From: Octopus sinensis
Lineage: Eukaryota
Length of the DNA: 64,000 bases
Reading direction: 5' to 3'
Assembly: GCF_006345805.1 (NCBI RefSeq)
Contig: NC_043024.1
Span: forward strand, 11,098,001 to 11,162,000
Under the pieces are notes generated by a model. That model was not told the origin of the DNA and did no database searches. It saw only the letters and a program-made list of their open reading frames with translations. Every line of letters starts with the position of its first letter. The first letter of the stretch is position 1. Made by a program: the position numbers and the translations under genes. Shown piece by piece: positions 25,891 to 38,157 of this stretch.

Positions 25891-27557
25891 TTTAGGTTGT
25901 CGCGGCAGTGGTGGTGGTGATGATGATGACAACGGAAGAGCGATAGTAATTAGAAAACACATCATGTCAATTAATTAATTAATTAACACAAGGATATAGA
26001 AGCTCATAATGGAAATGCCAAGTTAAACCAAGAAATTATTATCCGTTATGTCCTTGTTTGCTTCCTCCTTTGGATAGAACACTCCAGCACACCACCACAT
26101 CTTCCACCACTTCCACCACATCCTCCTCCTCCACCACCACCATCACTGCTACCATCATCACACTGGTTTTATAAATATCACATCCCATAATCTTCGTTAG
26201 AGGATTACGAGGAATTAATAGGTGCCTGGAAATTCTGTCAGCAGTGAATAAGTACAGCTGTGTGAGATTATCTCTGAGTATGCTGTATGTGTGTAGAGGC
26301 ATACGCTTACACATGTGCAAATACACACACACATCATCATCGTCGTCATCATCATCATCATCATCATTTAACATCCGTTTTCAGTGTTGGTATGGATTGG
26401 ACGGTTTGACCGGAACTGGCAAAGCCAGAAAGCTGCACCTGGCTCCAGTTGTCTGTTTTGGTATGGTTTCTGTGGCTGGATGCCCTTCCTAACGCCAACC
26501 ACTTTACAGGGTGTGGAGTGGAGGTGCTTTTTGAGTGGCACCATCACCAGTGCAGAAACCAAGTAACTTGCAGAACAAGATCCCTCAGCTGAGGAGAGGA
26601 ATGACATTGAATGAGATGGCTTCTTGCCAGGTGATGAGGGGGTTAGAGTAAAAATAGGAGGATAGAAGCAGGTGTCTTGCAGTAAAGGGGATAAATAGCT
26701 GCTTCAATTGGGGAGAGAGAAGGGGAGAGGAGAGAGAATGAGAATGGGGAGAGAGGTGGGAAGAGAGAAGATAGAGATTTGATGAGATGGGGGATAAACT
26801 CAAGTTCCGGAGAAGTGTATATAAGAGAAGTGGATTGGATAGGGTGAGTGGAGTGGAGTGGAGTGGAGTGGAGTGGGTAAGTGCGTGAGATTGCGAAAGG
26901 GGTGATGGATATGGAGGTGGGGAAGGAATGTAGCAGCGGGGTAGAGGGAGGGAGTTTTAGTGGGGGTGGATATGTTGCAGAGAAGAGACTTGACAGGGAT
27001 ATACACTGTATGGGTGGGTTCACAAGGGTGTGATAGGGGAGAAATACAGGGAGAGCAGAGCCGGGGAGGGGGAGGTTTTAGGAAGATGTGTTATTGGGGA
27101 TAGGGGCAGATTGAGTGCAGGGGCAAGGATGTGTGTGTGTGTGTGTGTATGCGAGTTTGTGTTTGTCACCCACAAGGACTTGACAACTGGTGTTGGTTTG
27201 TTTATGTTCCCATTAACAAAAGAGACATACTTTTTATGTAAAATACTTAAAATAAAAAGGTCGTACCCCAGGATGGCTGCTGTTGGGGGATTGGAGCAAG
27301 ATAGGAAAGATAAAATAAAAGAGACATATGTGTGTCTGTGCGTATGTGTGTCTGTCTGTCAGTCTCTCTGTCTGTCTGACTGTCTGTTTGCCAGTCTGTC
27401 TGTCTATCTGTTAGTCTGTCTGCTTGTCTGTCAGTTTGTCTGTCAGCCCGTCTCTCTGTCAGTTTGTCTGTCTGTCTGTCTATCTATCTGTCCGTCTGTC
27501 TGTCTGTCTGTCTCTCAGTCTTTTGGTATGTCTGTCTGTCTATTTATCAGTCTAACT

Positions 27558-27943
27558 GTGGAGGCGCAATGGCCCAGTGGTTAGGGCAGCGGACTCGTGG
27601 TCATAGGATCACGGTTTCGATTCCCAGACCGGGCGTTGTGAGTGTTTATTGAGCGAAAACACCTAAAGCTCCACGAGGCTCCGGCAGGGGATGGTGGTGA
27701 TCCCTTCTGTACTCTTTCACCACAACTTTCTCTCACTCTTACTTCCCGTTTCTGTTGTACCTGTATTTCAAAGGGCCAGCCTTGTCACTCTCTGTGTCAC
27801 GCTGAGTATCCCCGAGAACTACGTTAAGGGTACACGTGTCTGTGGAGTGCTCAGCCACTTACACGTTAATTTCACGAGCAGGCTATTCCGTTGATTCGGA
27901 TCAACCGGAACCCTCGTCGTCGTAACCGACGGAGTGCTTCCAC
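27558..27943 (+). mobile_element. Full-length tRNA-derived SINE (head ggaggcgcaatggcccagtggttaggg) with TSD
   Basis: A-box-like tggcccagtggttag, B-box-like gtttcgattcc; 13-bp TSD tatcagtctaact (27545-27557 / 27944-27956). Related copies at about 11770-12080(-), 31140-31452(-), 37733-38035(+) and 55350-55735(+). Confidence 0.85.
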
Positions 27944-28654
27944 TATCAGTCTAACTGTCAGTTTGTCAGTCTATCTGTCTCTCTATCTCTCTGTCCCTCT
28001 GTCCCCCTGTCTATCTGTCCGTCTTTCTGTCTATCAGTCTGTCTATCTATTAGTCTGTCTGTCAGTTTCTCTGTCCCCCTGTCTATCTGTCCGTCTCTCT
28101 GTCTATCAGTCTGTCTATCTATTAGTCTGTCTGTCAGTTTCTCTGTCCCTCTGTCTGTCTGTCTGTCAGTCTGTCTATCTGTCTGTCCGTCCCTCTGTCT
28201 GTCAGTCTCTCTGTCTATCTGTCTGTCCGTCCCTCTGTCTGTCAGTCTCTCTGTCCCTCTGTCTGTCAGTTTCTCTGTCCCTCTCTCTGTCTGTCTGTCT
28301 CTCTGTCCGTCTCTCTGTCATCCTGTCTGTTTCCTGAGCAACAAATGAGCCCCACCAACAACAACAACAACAACAATGGTTGAGTCAGAAGCTCTGTGAC
28401 TGGCAGATAAGGAATTAGTCATGGAAAAAACCCAACAAAGTCCTGGTTCCTTCTTCCAACCAGGAGACCAGCCAATGCCTTGGCCATGCAACGGGGGTCC
28501 TCAGCGTGTTTTTGCATCCACTTCCCAACCTGACAAGGGTCACATCTGCACAGCTTTCTCTCTTTGCACTTCCCTAGAACTCTGTCTGTCTGTCTTTCTT
28601 TATATATTATTTATTTGTGTGTTGTGTGTATGTGTGTGTGTGTGTGTGTGTACT

Positions 28655-28679
28655 CTATTTAAATTTATATAATATATAT

Positions 28680-28727
<48 letters not shown>

Positions 28728-28728
28728 A

Positions 28729-28760
<32 letters not shown>

Positions 28761-28808
28761 TATATTATATATATATAATATATATTTATATATATATATT
28801 ATATTATA

Positions 28809-28858
<50 letters not shown>

Positions 28859-28860
28859 GA

Positions 28861-28920
<60 letters not shown>

Positions 28921-28969
28921 TATAATATATATATATATATATTATATATATATACATATATATACATAC

Positions 28970-29047
<78 letters not shown>

Positions 29048-29139
29048 AGTATGTATAAGTATATATATGTGTATATATATGTATATGTATGTGTGTATAC
29101 AAACACATTCACATATGCATACATGCCGCCTTCCCATAA

Positions 29140-29214
<75 letters not shown>

Positions 29215-29215
29215 C
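28655..29215. repeat. (TA)n/(CA)n microsatellite block; similar blocks at about 7850-8215, 10010-10295, 20440-20960, 30440-30900
   Basis: Direct reading. Confidence 0.95.
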
Positions 29216-29347
29216 TACTCAGGTATGCATCTTACCCACTGCGAAAGTTATGTGACATCCTTCCTTATAGATTGAAATCAATTTATTAAAATCCCTTAAT
29301 GTCATCTTTCTCACCAACCAAAGAATCCAGATGTATAACCTAAGGCC

Positions 29348-29379
<32 letters not shown>

Positions 29380-29580
29380 GTAGGTATGATATATGTATGT
29401 ATATATATATGTATGTATGTATAATTCATTTTATTTGAATCCCTGTGATGCCGGAATTTTTATTCCCTAATAAATAAAATAATCTATATATATATGTGTG
29501 TATGTGTATGTATGTATATATATATATATATAATATATATGTGTGTGTGTGTGTGTACATATGTATATATATATATATAT

Positions 29581-29632
<52 letters not shown>

Positions 29633-29879
29633 AGGACTGGTGAGTGTATATAAATATCCTTATATATAAGAGGGAAGCAGTCAAATCCATTTGGTCCACA
29701 ACTGATTTTGATCTCCTCAGACAGAAATCACAATTCTATTTCAACCATTTGAAGACCATCTTTGTGGTAAGATATTTCATAATATATCAGTGCTAACACA
29801 ATTTGCATTTATTTTGTTTAAAACCTGGTTCTTGCTTTATCGGTTTCTTTTGCTGAACTGCTAAGTTGATCCTGGTTTT

Positions 29880-30235
29880 GGGGCTGCATTAAAATAATGA
29901 AACTTTATTCTCTCCACCAATGAAATGACCACTACATTATTTGCATGATGTTGAAGCTATACCACCAGCACTGCCCAAGGGACCTTAACATCAAATTCAG
30001 AATTTATCCAAAGTTGGGACCCTGCATCGTATGTTCCCTACAGAATTCAGGTTCACAACACATAAACACACTCTAATACAATTTCTTTCCCTCAGCTGGC
30101 CCTTCTCTAATTAACATCATCCCCAAACAAGTCAAAGGAAAAGATCCCATCACCTTCAAACAATCCCCAGACAAGTTTTCTTCAAGGTATACCAGATAAA
30201 CCAGCTATCAACAAAAACTCCCTTCTTGAAAGGGC
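29880..30235 (+). mobile_element. Degraded CR1-like LINE RT C-terminal fragment
   Basis: Stop-interrupted translation LKLYSLH...YII...NFFPSAGPSLINIIPKQVK...FKQSPDKF..GIPDKP. Confidence 0.5.
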
Positions 30236-30449
30236 TATGATACCACAAAACTTGACTTAAAAAGACTTAGTAGATTCTATCAGATGGTGCTAATAATTCA
30301 TACATGGTCTGGGGCCGATTTTGGATCAAAACTATAGAAGTTTATGTCTATATATAGAGAAGCAAGACAGTCGGGGCATAGCCCCATATCTTAGCTTTTA
30401 AAAACAGAAAACACTGTGAAACTGGTTAAGCCTTTCAACTATATATGTG

Positions 30450-30483
<34 letters not shown>

Positions 30484-30519
30484 CATATATATTATATATA
30501 TATATATTATATATATATA

Positions 30520-30580
<61 letters not shown>

Positions 30581-30779
30581 GTTAATCCAAACATGAAACA
30601 CAAAGAGAAAACACACACAACGCGAGGACGTGGAACAAATATAGTATTATTGGATGCTCAGGAAAGAAGGAAAGAAGGAGGTTTAACGTTTCGAGCGGAG
30701 CTCTTCGTCGGAAACATAGAGAAGGAAGATCCAGAGAAGGAAGACAGAGGAAAAAAATCGCCAACGGTACACACGAGGT

Positions 30780-30862
<83 letters not shown>

Positions 30863-31452
30863 CATATATACATACATATATATATATATATATATAAGCA
30901 CAGGTGTGGCTGTGTGGTAAGAAGTTTGCTTCCCAACCACATGCTTCCAGGTTCAGTTCCACTATATGCCTTTCATCCTTTCGAGGTCGATAAATTAAGT
31001 ACCAGTTACGCACTGGGGTTGATGTAATCGACTTACTCCGTTTTAGTCTGTCCTTGTTTGTCCCCTCTGTGTTTAGCCTCTTGAGGGTAATAAAGAAACA
31101 TATATATATATATATGTACATATGTATGTATATATATATATCACCGTGTTCAGCGTGACCGACCAGGCTACCAGATGTTGCTACACATCGCTGGTCACAA
31201 TGTGCTTCACATTGTTTTAGCCTTCAAATGATGCTACCCCCACTGGCTAAGCGAGCAGGCCAACAGAAGAAAGAGTGAGAGAAAGTTGTGGCGAAAGAGT
31301 ACAGCAGGGATCGCCACCGACCCCTGCAGGAGCCTCGTGGAGCTTTAGTTATTTTCGATCGATAAACACTCACAACGCCCGGTCTGGGAAACGAAACCGT
31401 GATCCTACGACTGCGAGTCCGCTGCCCTAACCACTGGACCATTGCGCCTCCA

Positions 31453-31534
<82 letters not shown>

Positions 31535-31588
31535 GTGTTGTGTGGTGTGTGTACATATATAGACATATACCTACATACATACATATAC

Positions 31589-31626
<38 letters not shown>

Positions 31627-32165
31627 GACATGCTTGTGCAGCCTTCAACAGTAAAAAAACAAGGAAGAAAAAGCGTTCATGCGTAAGGGTGACACACAAA
31701 CCCACAAATTGAACCGGCAGTCAATTATTTGGTGGGTAAACTTGCAACCAATTACACGTGGCAGACCGTGAACACTCTCAGCCATTGAAATGTCAAACAC
31801 AAACGTCTTCTTTTGTCGGACGAGCTTCACAACTTTTCCTCCCGTCTCGTGTCACATTGAGATCATAATCGATACAGCAGACAGGTTTATCTAAATAATG
31901 TTTAAGGATTGTAAATGAGGAGCCAGAGAGTCACTGAAATGATTTTATGTTTGTGGCACTTGCAGAATGGGAATGCCAATTAGTTATAATGGAAATAGTT
32001 TAGCTTTGTATATTTATTTAATTATGTGATTACATAACTAGGAGACGGACAGACAGACAGAGAGATAAATTTATAAAGTCTTTCTCTATTTATCGACCTA
32101 CCCATCAGTTTATCTTTCTACTTATTTACCTATATATCCACCTATTTATATCTATCTATCTATCC

Positions 32166-32211
<46 letters not shown>

Positions 32212-32309
32212 ATCTATCTATCTATCTATCTCTTTATCTCTCTATCATTTTATTGATCTATCTATCCATCTATCTGTCTGTCTATCTATCTATCTATCTA
32301 TCTATCTAT

Positions 32310-32354
<45 letters not shown>

Positions 32355-32523
32355 CATACATACATACATGTATGTACGTATGCATATGTGTATGTATGTA
32401 TGTATGTATGTATGTGTGTGTGTCTGTGTTTGTCCCCCAACACCGCTTAATAACCGGTGTGGCTGTGTTTACATCTTTGTAACTTAGCAGATCAGCAAAA
32501 GACTGCGATAGAATAAATCCCAG

Positions 32524-32562
<39 letters not shown>

Positions 32563-32745
32563 GTGGCTGCTACTATTGATATTTCTATGGTTCCTGATAC
32601 CCAATAAAAATTTTGATGTTTCATAGTTTTTTTATAGAATTGCTTATTTTCGGAAAGATCTGGAAACAGTAAGAACAGCAACAACAAGAAGAACCATTTG
32701 CCACATCACACAACCAAAACGACACCAAGAACAACAACAACAAGC

Positions 32746-32769
32746 ATGTTAGCCAAACCAGTTTCTTTG
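32746..32769 (+). CDS. IL17: IL-17a exon 1 (MLAKPVSL), start of signal peptide
   Basis: CA-rich leader, aagcATG, 8 codons, donor TTG|GTGAGT (GT at 32770), phase 0. Joins in frame to the acceptor at 33739 to give MLAKPVSLLQVCSVLLLTLALLP, a signal peptide. Confidence 0.75.
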
Positions 32770-33189
32770 GTGAGTTTAAGAACTTTTCTTTCTAAGTTTT
32801 ATACACAAATTTCTACACTCGGCTCGTGATCTTAAGGTCATGAGTTCAATTCCTAGCGACACATTGAGTCCTTGAGCAAGACACTTTATTTCACGTTGCT
32901 CCAGGCCCCTCAGCTGGCGCACAGGAGTGGCTGTGTGGTAAGTAGCTTGCTTACCAACCACATGGTTCCGGTTTCAGTCCCACTGCGTGGCATCTTGGGT
33001 AAGTGTCTTCTGCTATAGCCCCGGGCCGACCAATGCCTTGTGAGTGGATTTGGTAGACGGAAACTGAAAGAAGCCCGTTGTATATATGTATATATGTGTT
33101 TGTGTGTGTTTATTTGTCTGTTTATTTGTGTGTTTGTTTATTTGTCTATCTGTTTGTCTGTCTGCTTGCCTATATATCTGCCTATCTAT

Positions 33190-33288
33190 CTATCTATCTA
33201 TCTGTCTGTGTGTATGTATGTATGTATGCATGTATGTATGTATGTATGTATGTATGTATGAATGTATGTATGTATATATGTATGTATG

Positions 33289-33322
<34 letters not shown>

Positions 33323-33722
33323 TGTATGTATGTATGTATGTATGTATGTATGTATGTATGAATGTATGTATGTATGTGTGTATGTGTGTATGTATGTATG
33401 TATGTATGTGTGTATGTATGTATATGTATGTATATATGTATGTGTGTATGTACGTATGTATGTATGTATGTCTGTATGTATGTATGTATGTATGTATGTA
33501 TGTATGTACGTATGTATGTATGTATGTATGAATGTATGTATGTATGTGTGTATGTGTGTATGTATGTATGTATGTATGTGTGTATGTATGTATATGTATG
33601 TATATATGTATGTGTGTATGTACGTATGTATGTATGTATGTATGTATGAATGTATGTATGTGTGTATGTATGTATGAATGTATGTATGTATGAATGTTTA
33701 TGATGATGATGATGATGATGAC
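33190..33722. repeat. (TATG)n then (GAT)n microsatellite filling the 3' half of IL-17a intron 1
   Basis: Direct reading. Confidence 0.95.
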
Positions 33723-33738
33723 AACACTTATATTTCAG

Positions 33739-34218
33739 CTTCAAGTCTGTTCCGTCTTGTTGTTAACGCTGGCCCTTCTCCCAGCGCACCACCCAAACGC
33801 TGCCTCGTTGCCATCCAGTCCATGCAGCGAACACCACAACACGTCGCTCGACGGCTGCCTGCACATCCTCGACGTCAACGCGAGCCAAGCGGAATCGGAC
33901 GGATCCTGCAACATCAACGTATCCAGCGATGCCGTGTCCGAACTCTCCCTCTGTCCGTGGACCAGCTACGTCCACACCGACGTCAACCGCATCCCGAAAC
34001 ACATCAACGCCGCAAAGTGCCGCTGCCAGAAGTGTGCAATACCGGAGTCGCTGAACGTCTGCTCCCCCATATACAGGGTGATGAATGTGCTCAGGTACGA
34101 TACAGACCAGGGGTCCTATGTGCACGCCTGGGACAAGGTGCCGATAGCCTGCACGTGCCACGCCCCTCAGATACAATATGTCAATGCAAAAGAGCAATGG
34201 CTTCAGCCCTCGGAATAG
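33739..34218 (+). CDS. IL17: IL-17-family cytokine (IL-17a) exon 2; spliced product 167 aa
   Basis: Acceptor ttatatttcAG (33737-33738), phase 0. Cystine-knot IL-17 motifs LCPW, D.NRIP..I..AKCRCQKC, C.PIY and VPIACTC; hydrophobic signal core VLLLTLALL. Confidence 0.93.
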   Translation, partial: LQVCSVLLLTLALLPAHHPNAASLPSSPCSEHHNTSLDGCLHILDVNASQAESDGSCNINVSSDAVSELSLCPWTSYVHTDVNRIPKHINAAKCRCQKCAIPESLNVCSPIYRVMNVLRYDTDQGSYVHAWDKVPIACTCHAPQIQYVNAKEQWLQPSE

Positions 34219-34348
34219 TCCTAACGATAATTACTTATAATTATTAATGTCCATGTGTCAGTACGGAACATGGGCATTAAATGATGACAATGATGACGAC
34301 AGCAATGGTTACAATGATGACAATGATGATTTTGATGATGATAATAAT

Positions 34349-34377
<29 letters not shown>

Positions 34378-34381
<4 letters not shown>

Positions 34382-34680
34382 TGTGTACAGTGCTCAGGTG
34401 CACTACAACTCGTCTAAAGTGTATATATAATCAGGTGTAGTTTCGGCGGATTTCGGAAAGCATGAGGGCCTTAAAGGATGCAGTGTCATGGCAGTCAACA
34501 ACTGACGCAGGCAGTTTGTTCCATGCTTCAGCAACTCTGAGCGTGAAAAAATGTTTCCGAAAGTCATGGAAGGAGCTGTGTTGTTTTCTGACTTTGTAGG
34601 CATGTCCACGTGTGTTGGACACATGGAGATCAAAAAGGTGTTCAGTGTTGTTGTTGTTGGTGAGGTGGTTGATAACTTTG

Positions 34681-34690
<10 letters not shown>
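34378..34690 (-). mobile_element. CR1 LINE 3' end just downstream of the IL-17a stop
   Basis: Same family as 10668-11690 (HLFDLHVSNTRGHAYKVRKQH..DFRKHFFTLRVAEAWNKLP). Confidence 0.8.
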
Positions 34691-34740
<50 letters not shown>

Positions 34741-34851
34741 GTGGATGGTGATGACAAATGCCTGTAAATATATGAATAAATCTTCCATAAGCCTTCTACT
34801 CGGTTGTGTCTCTTCTCTTTTCCAACTGGCACATTATATATATATAATATA

Positions 34852-35258
34852 CTAGCAGTATCGCCCGGCGTTGCTCGGGTTTGTAAGGGAAATAACTATA
34901 TAAGCATTTTTAGAGAGTTATAGCCAAAAAATAGCAAAAAAAAAAAATGCATTAAAAATGGAAAAAAAATTATGGTAAATTTTTTTTTAAATCGTTGACT
35001 CATCGTAGACATTTTTAGAGAGTTACTTCCCTTATATAATAGTAAAAAAATGCATTAAAATGGAAAAAAATTATGGTAAATTTTTTTTTAAATCGTAGAC
35101 TTATCGTAGACGCGCGCTAATACTCAGACGGGCTCGATATGAATCACGACTATAAGATACCCGCTTTTGGTTAAACTGCACCGCAAAATGTGGGAGTAGT
35201 TAGGAATCTAAATCGAAGGGGACAGACACTCACACAACTACAGTTTTATATATATAGA
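34852..35258 (-). mobile_element. Non-autonomous Helitron (third family) between the two IL-17 genes
   Basis: Same 3' end (cccgagcaacgccgggcgatactgctag) as 2977-3369 but a different body. 5' TC(TATATATAT), A|T flanks, internal ~100-bp duplication. Confidence 0.75.
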
Positions 35259-36768
35259 TATTATATTATTTCAGCCGTCTGATATGAGTCACTATTAGAT
35301 GGTGGAAGAGGTGGCAGTGGTGGTGGTGAGGATGGGGGGGATGGTGGTGGTGGTGATGATGACAACAACAACAATGATGACAACAGTGGTGGTGGTGGTG
35401 GTGATGATGATGATGACACAAGGTGAGAAATTTGAAGAAAAGGATAGAGTCATTCACATCAACCCCCAATATATAACTGGTACTTTATTTCTCACCAACC
35501 CTGCACGACTGAAAGATAAACTTGACCTCTACGGGACTTGAACAGAGAACATAAAAGGGTGTACCTAATTACTGCAAGGTATTTAGTCCATCACTTCAAT
35601 TATTCTGCTAATTACAAAAAAAAAATTTCAACTCTGGGCAGAGAGGCTAATTAGGATGGTAAAATTATAATCAATTAACAACAACTCTTTATTTCAGACA
35701 ATTAAATATTTAATATTTTTATTTATTCAACAATAGCTGTGTATGTGGGTGGGTGTATATGCATGTATGTATATATATATATATATGCATGTAAGTATAT
35801 GTGTATATGCATGTATGTATATGTGTATATGCATGTATGTATATGTATATATGTAAGTGTATATAAATATATGTGTGTGTGTGCATATATATATATATAC
35901 ATATACATATAAATATACATATAGATATATATATACATATATATATGTATGTATGTATTTATACATAGACAGATAGAGAGACAGACAGATACTGATATAC
36001 ACACATCTATCTGGTGAGCAGAGAGAAGCTTCCATGCCACCCCCTCTGCACCAACAACTTTGTGATTCTATTTTAAACCATTTGAAACTACCAACAAGTC
36101 TCTTGGTGCAGGGGGGGGGGGTCGAAAGCAAAGAATATGGAGGTGCATGGCTTAGTGGTTAAGGTGATCATAAGATTGTAGTTTCAATTCCTGGACCGGG
36201 CGATGGATTGTGTTCTTGAGCAAAACACTTCATTTCTCATTGGTCCAGTCTACTCAGCAGGAAAAATGGAGTAAACTGTGTGATGGACTAGCGTCCTATC
36301 CAGGTGGGGGAAGATATACACCATGAAACCAGGAAACCGGCCCTTATGTGTGGCTCTGACTGAAGAAGGTAACTTCACTCAATACCAAAACATATTCCAA
36401 CATGTGAACCTGCTTCAGATGAAGGCTGAAATTAATTTTCTGTCTTTATGATAATGGTTTTAAATTTTGGTCAAGGGCCAGAATTTTTTAAGGAGAAGGG
36501 GAAAGCAATTACATCAAGCGCAGTACTTGGCTGGTTCTTATTTTATCAATCTCTAAAAGCTGAGTGGAAAGTCAACCTCAATGGATGTGAGCTGAGAATG
36601 CAAAGACAAATGAAATGCCGCTAAGAATTTTGTCCGAGATGTGAAAAGTTCTGATAAATTACAATACAGTTTATTCTTTCTTTCTTTTTCTTTCTTTCCT
36701 TCTTTCTTTCTTTCTTTTTCTGTTTCTTTTCTTCTTTTTTCTTTCCTTTTACCAAACATTTCGAAAAT

Positions 36769-37239
36769 TTACACTTGTTTGGAATAGATTCCACATCCGC
36801 ATGCGATTGGCACCATTTCCAGTTCTGGCTGGTACGAACCGGTCGCAGTGTTGAGGCGAAAAATCTTCATGTCTTTGTAAATGGTCCGGCACTCCTTCAG
36901 GAAATTGCTCATTTCGGCACACTTGCCACACAAACACTTGGCCACTTTGATGTCTTGCGGAACACGGTTCACGTCCCTGTTGATCACGTACCTCCAGGGG
37001 CACAGCGCCAATTTGTTGACCTCCTCATTGGATGTGTTGATGCTGCAAGATTTCTCTCTCATCGCTTCGTCCGCATTGCTTGATAACAGACTGCTGTTAC
37101 ACACCTGAGATTGCCCCGAGGCATAGGTAAGGTTCGACGGCAAGGGAACATCTGGTACCATATTTGATTCAAGTTCACCGCGTGCAGTTTCGTCTACTGG
37201 AATTGTTGCTGCCATTATTGTCGGTTGCATAAGTGTGGA
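36769..37239 (-). CDS. IL17: IL-17-family cytokine (IL-17b) exon 2; spliced product 169 aa
   Basis: Minus-strand acceptor gtctgtattcctctgttgcAG, phase 0. Motifs LCPW, DVNRVPQDI..AKCLCGKC, C.TIY and VPIACGC. Cys spacing matches IL-17a, with about 39/78 identities in two hand-aligned core blocks. Confidence 0.93.
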   Translation of the reverse strand, partial: STLMQPTIMAATIPVDETARGELESNMVPDVPLPSNLTYASGQSQVCNSSLLSSNADEAMREKSCSINTSNEEVNKLALCPWRYVINRDVNRVPQDIKVAKCLCGKCAEMSNFLKECRTIYKDMKIFRLNTATGSYQPELEMVPIACGCGIYSKQV

Positions 37240-38157
37240 CTGCAACAGAGGAATACAGACTCAAGGTTAGGAAATCAAAAAAAAATACGTTGCCATTGGA
37301 TTCGTTCTAGAATTTTCGGTCATTAAATTATCAATTCACTGCTGCACCCCCTCAACTCCAACTCATATACTCTACTTTACCCGATCGTTAATTTAATGTC
37401 TACATTTCCTTGTTAGATTATGAACAACTGATTATAAAAGTACAAATAGAAATTTGTGTGTGTGTGTGTGTATTGGCATTTTACTCTGAGAATTCGATAT
37501 CTACCTGGATATCATACCCCCATCTTAGCGTCATTCGATGGCTAAAACAATGTGAACGCATTGTGACCAGCGATGCGTAACAACATCTGATGGTCTGGCC
37601 GGTTACGTGATCACGTGATATATACACACACATATACTTATATATTTTTATTTATATACACACACACTCATATGTAAGTTTATATATATATATATACATA
37701 CATACATACATATATAACAATATATATATACACGTGGAGGCGCAATGGTTAGGGCAGCGGACTCGCGGTCGTAGGATCGCGGTTTCAATTCCCAGACCGT
37801 GTGTTGTGAGTGTTTATTGAGCGAAAACACCTAAAGCTCCACGAGATTCCGGCAGTGGGGTGGTGGTGATCCCTGCTGTACTCTTTCGCCACAACTTTCT
37901 CTCACTCTTTCTTCTGTTGGCCTGCTCGCTTAGCCAGCGGGGTGGCATCATTCGAAGGCTAAAACAATGCGAATGCATTGTGACCAGCGATGTGTAGCAA
38001 CATCTGATGGTCTGGTCAGTTACGTGATCATGTGATATATATACACACATATACTTATATATTTATATATATACACGCACACACTCATATGTAAGTTTAT
38101 ATATATATATACATACATACATATATAACAATAATAATAATAATAATAATAATAATA

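Noticed and set aside
26580-27030. Purine-rich tract with faint Penelope-like RT resemblance on the minus strand
   Set aside because: Too degraded and low-complexity to support a call.
27558-27630. tRNA-like sequences with A/B boxes at many sites
   Set aside because: All continue into SINE bodies and tails; no complete cloverleaf could be supported by eye.
33763-34197. 144-aa minus-strand ORF
   Set aside because: Antisense shadow of the GC-rich IL-17a exon 2.
36769-37245. IL-17b as a single-exon, leaderless ORF starting at TTG 37245
   Set aside because: The TTGCAG is a splice acceptor, and a matching phase-0 signal-peptide exon with TATA box exists at 41980-42018.
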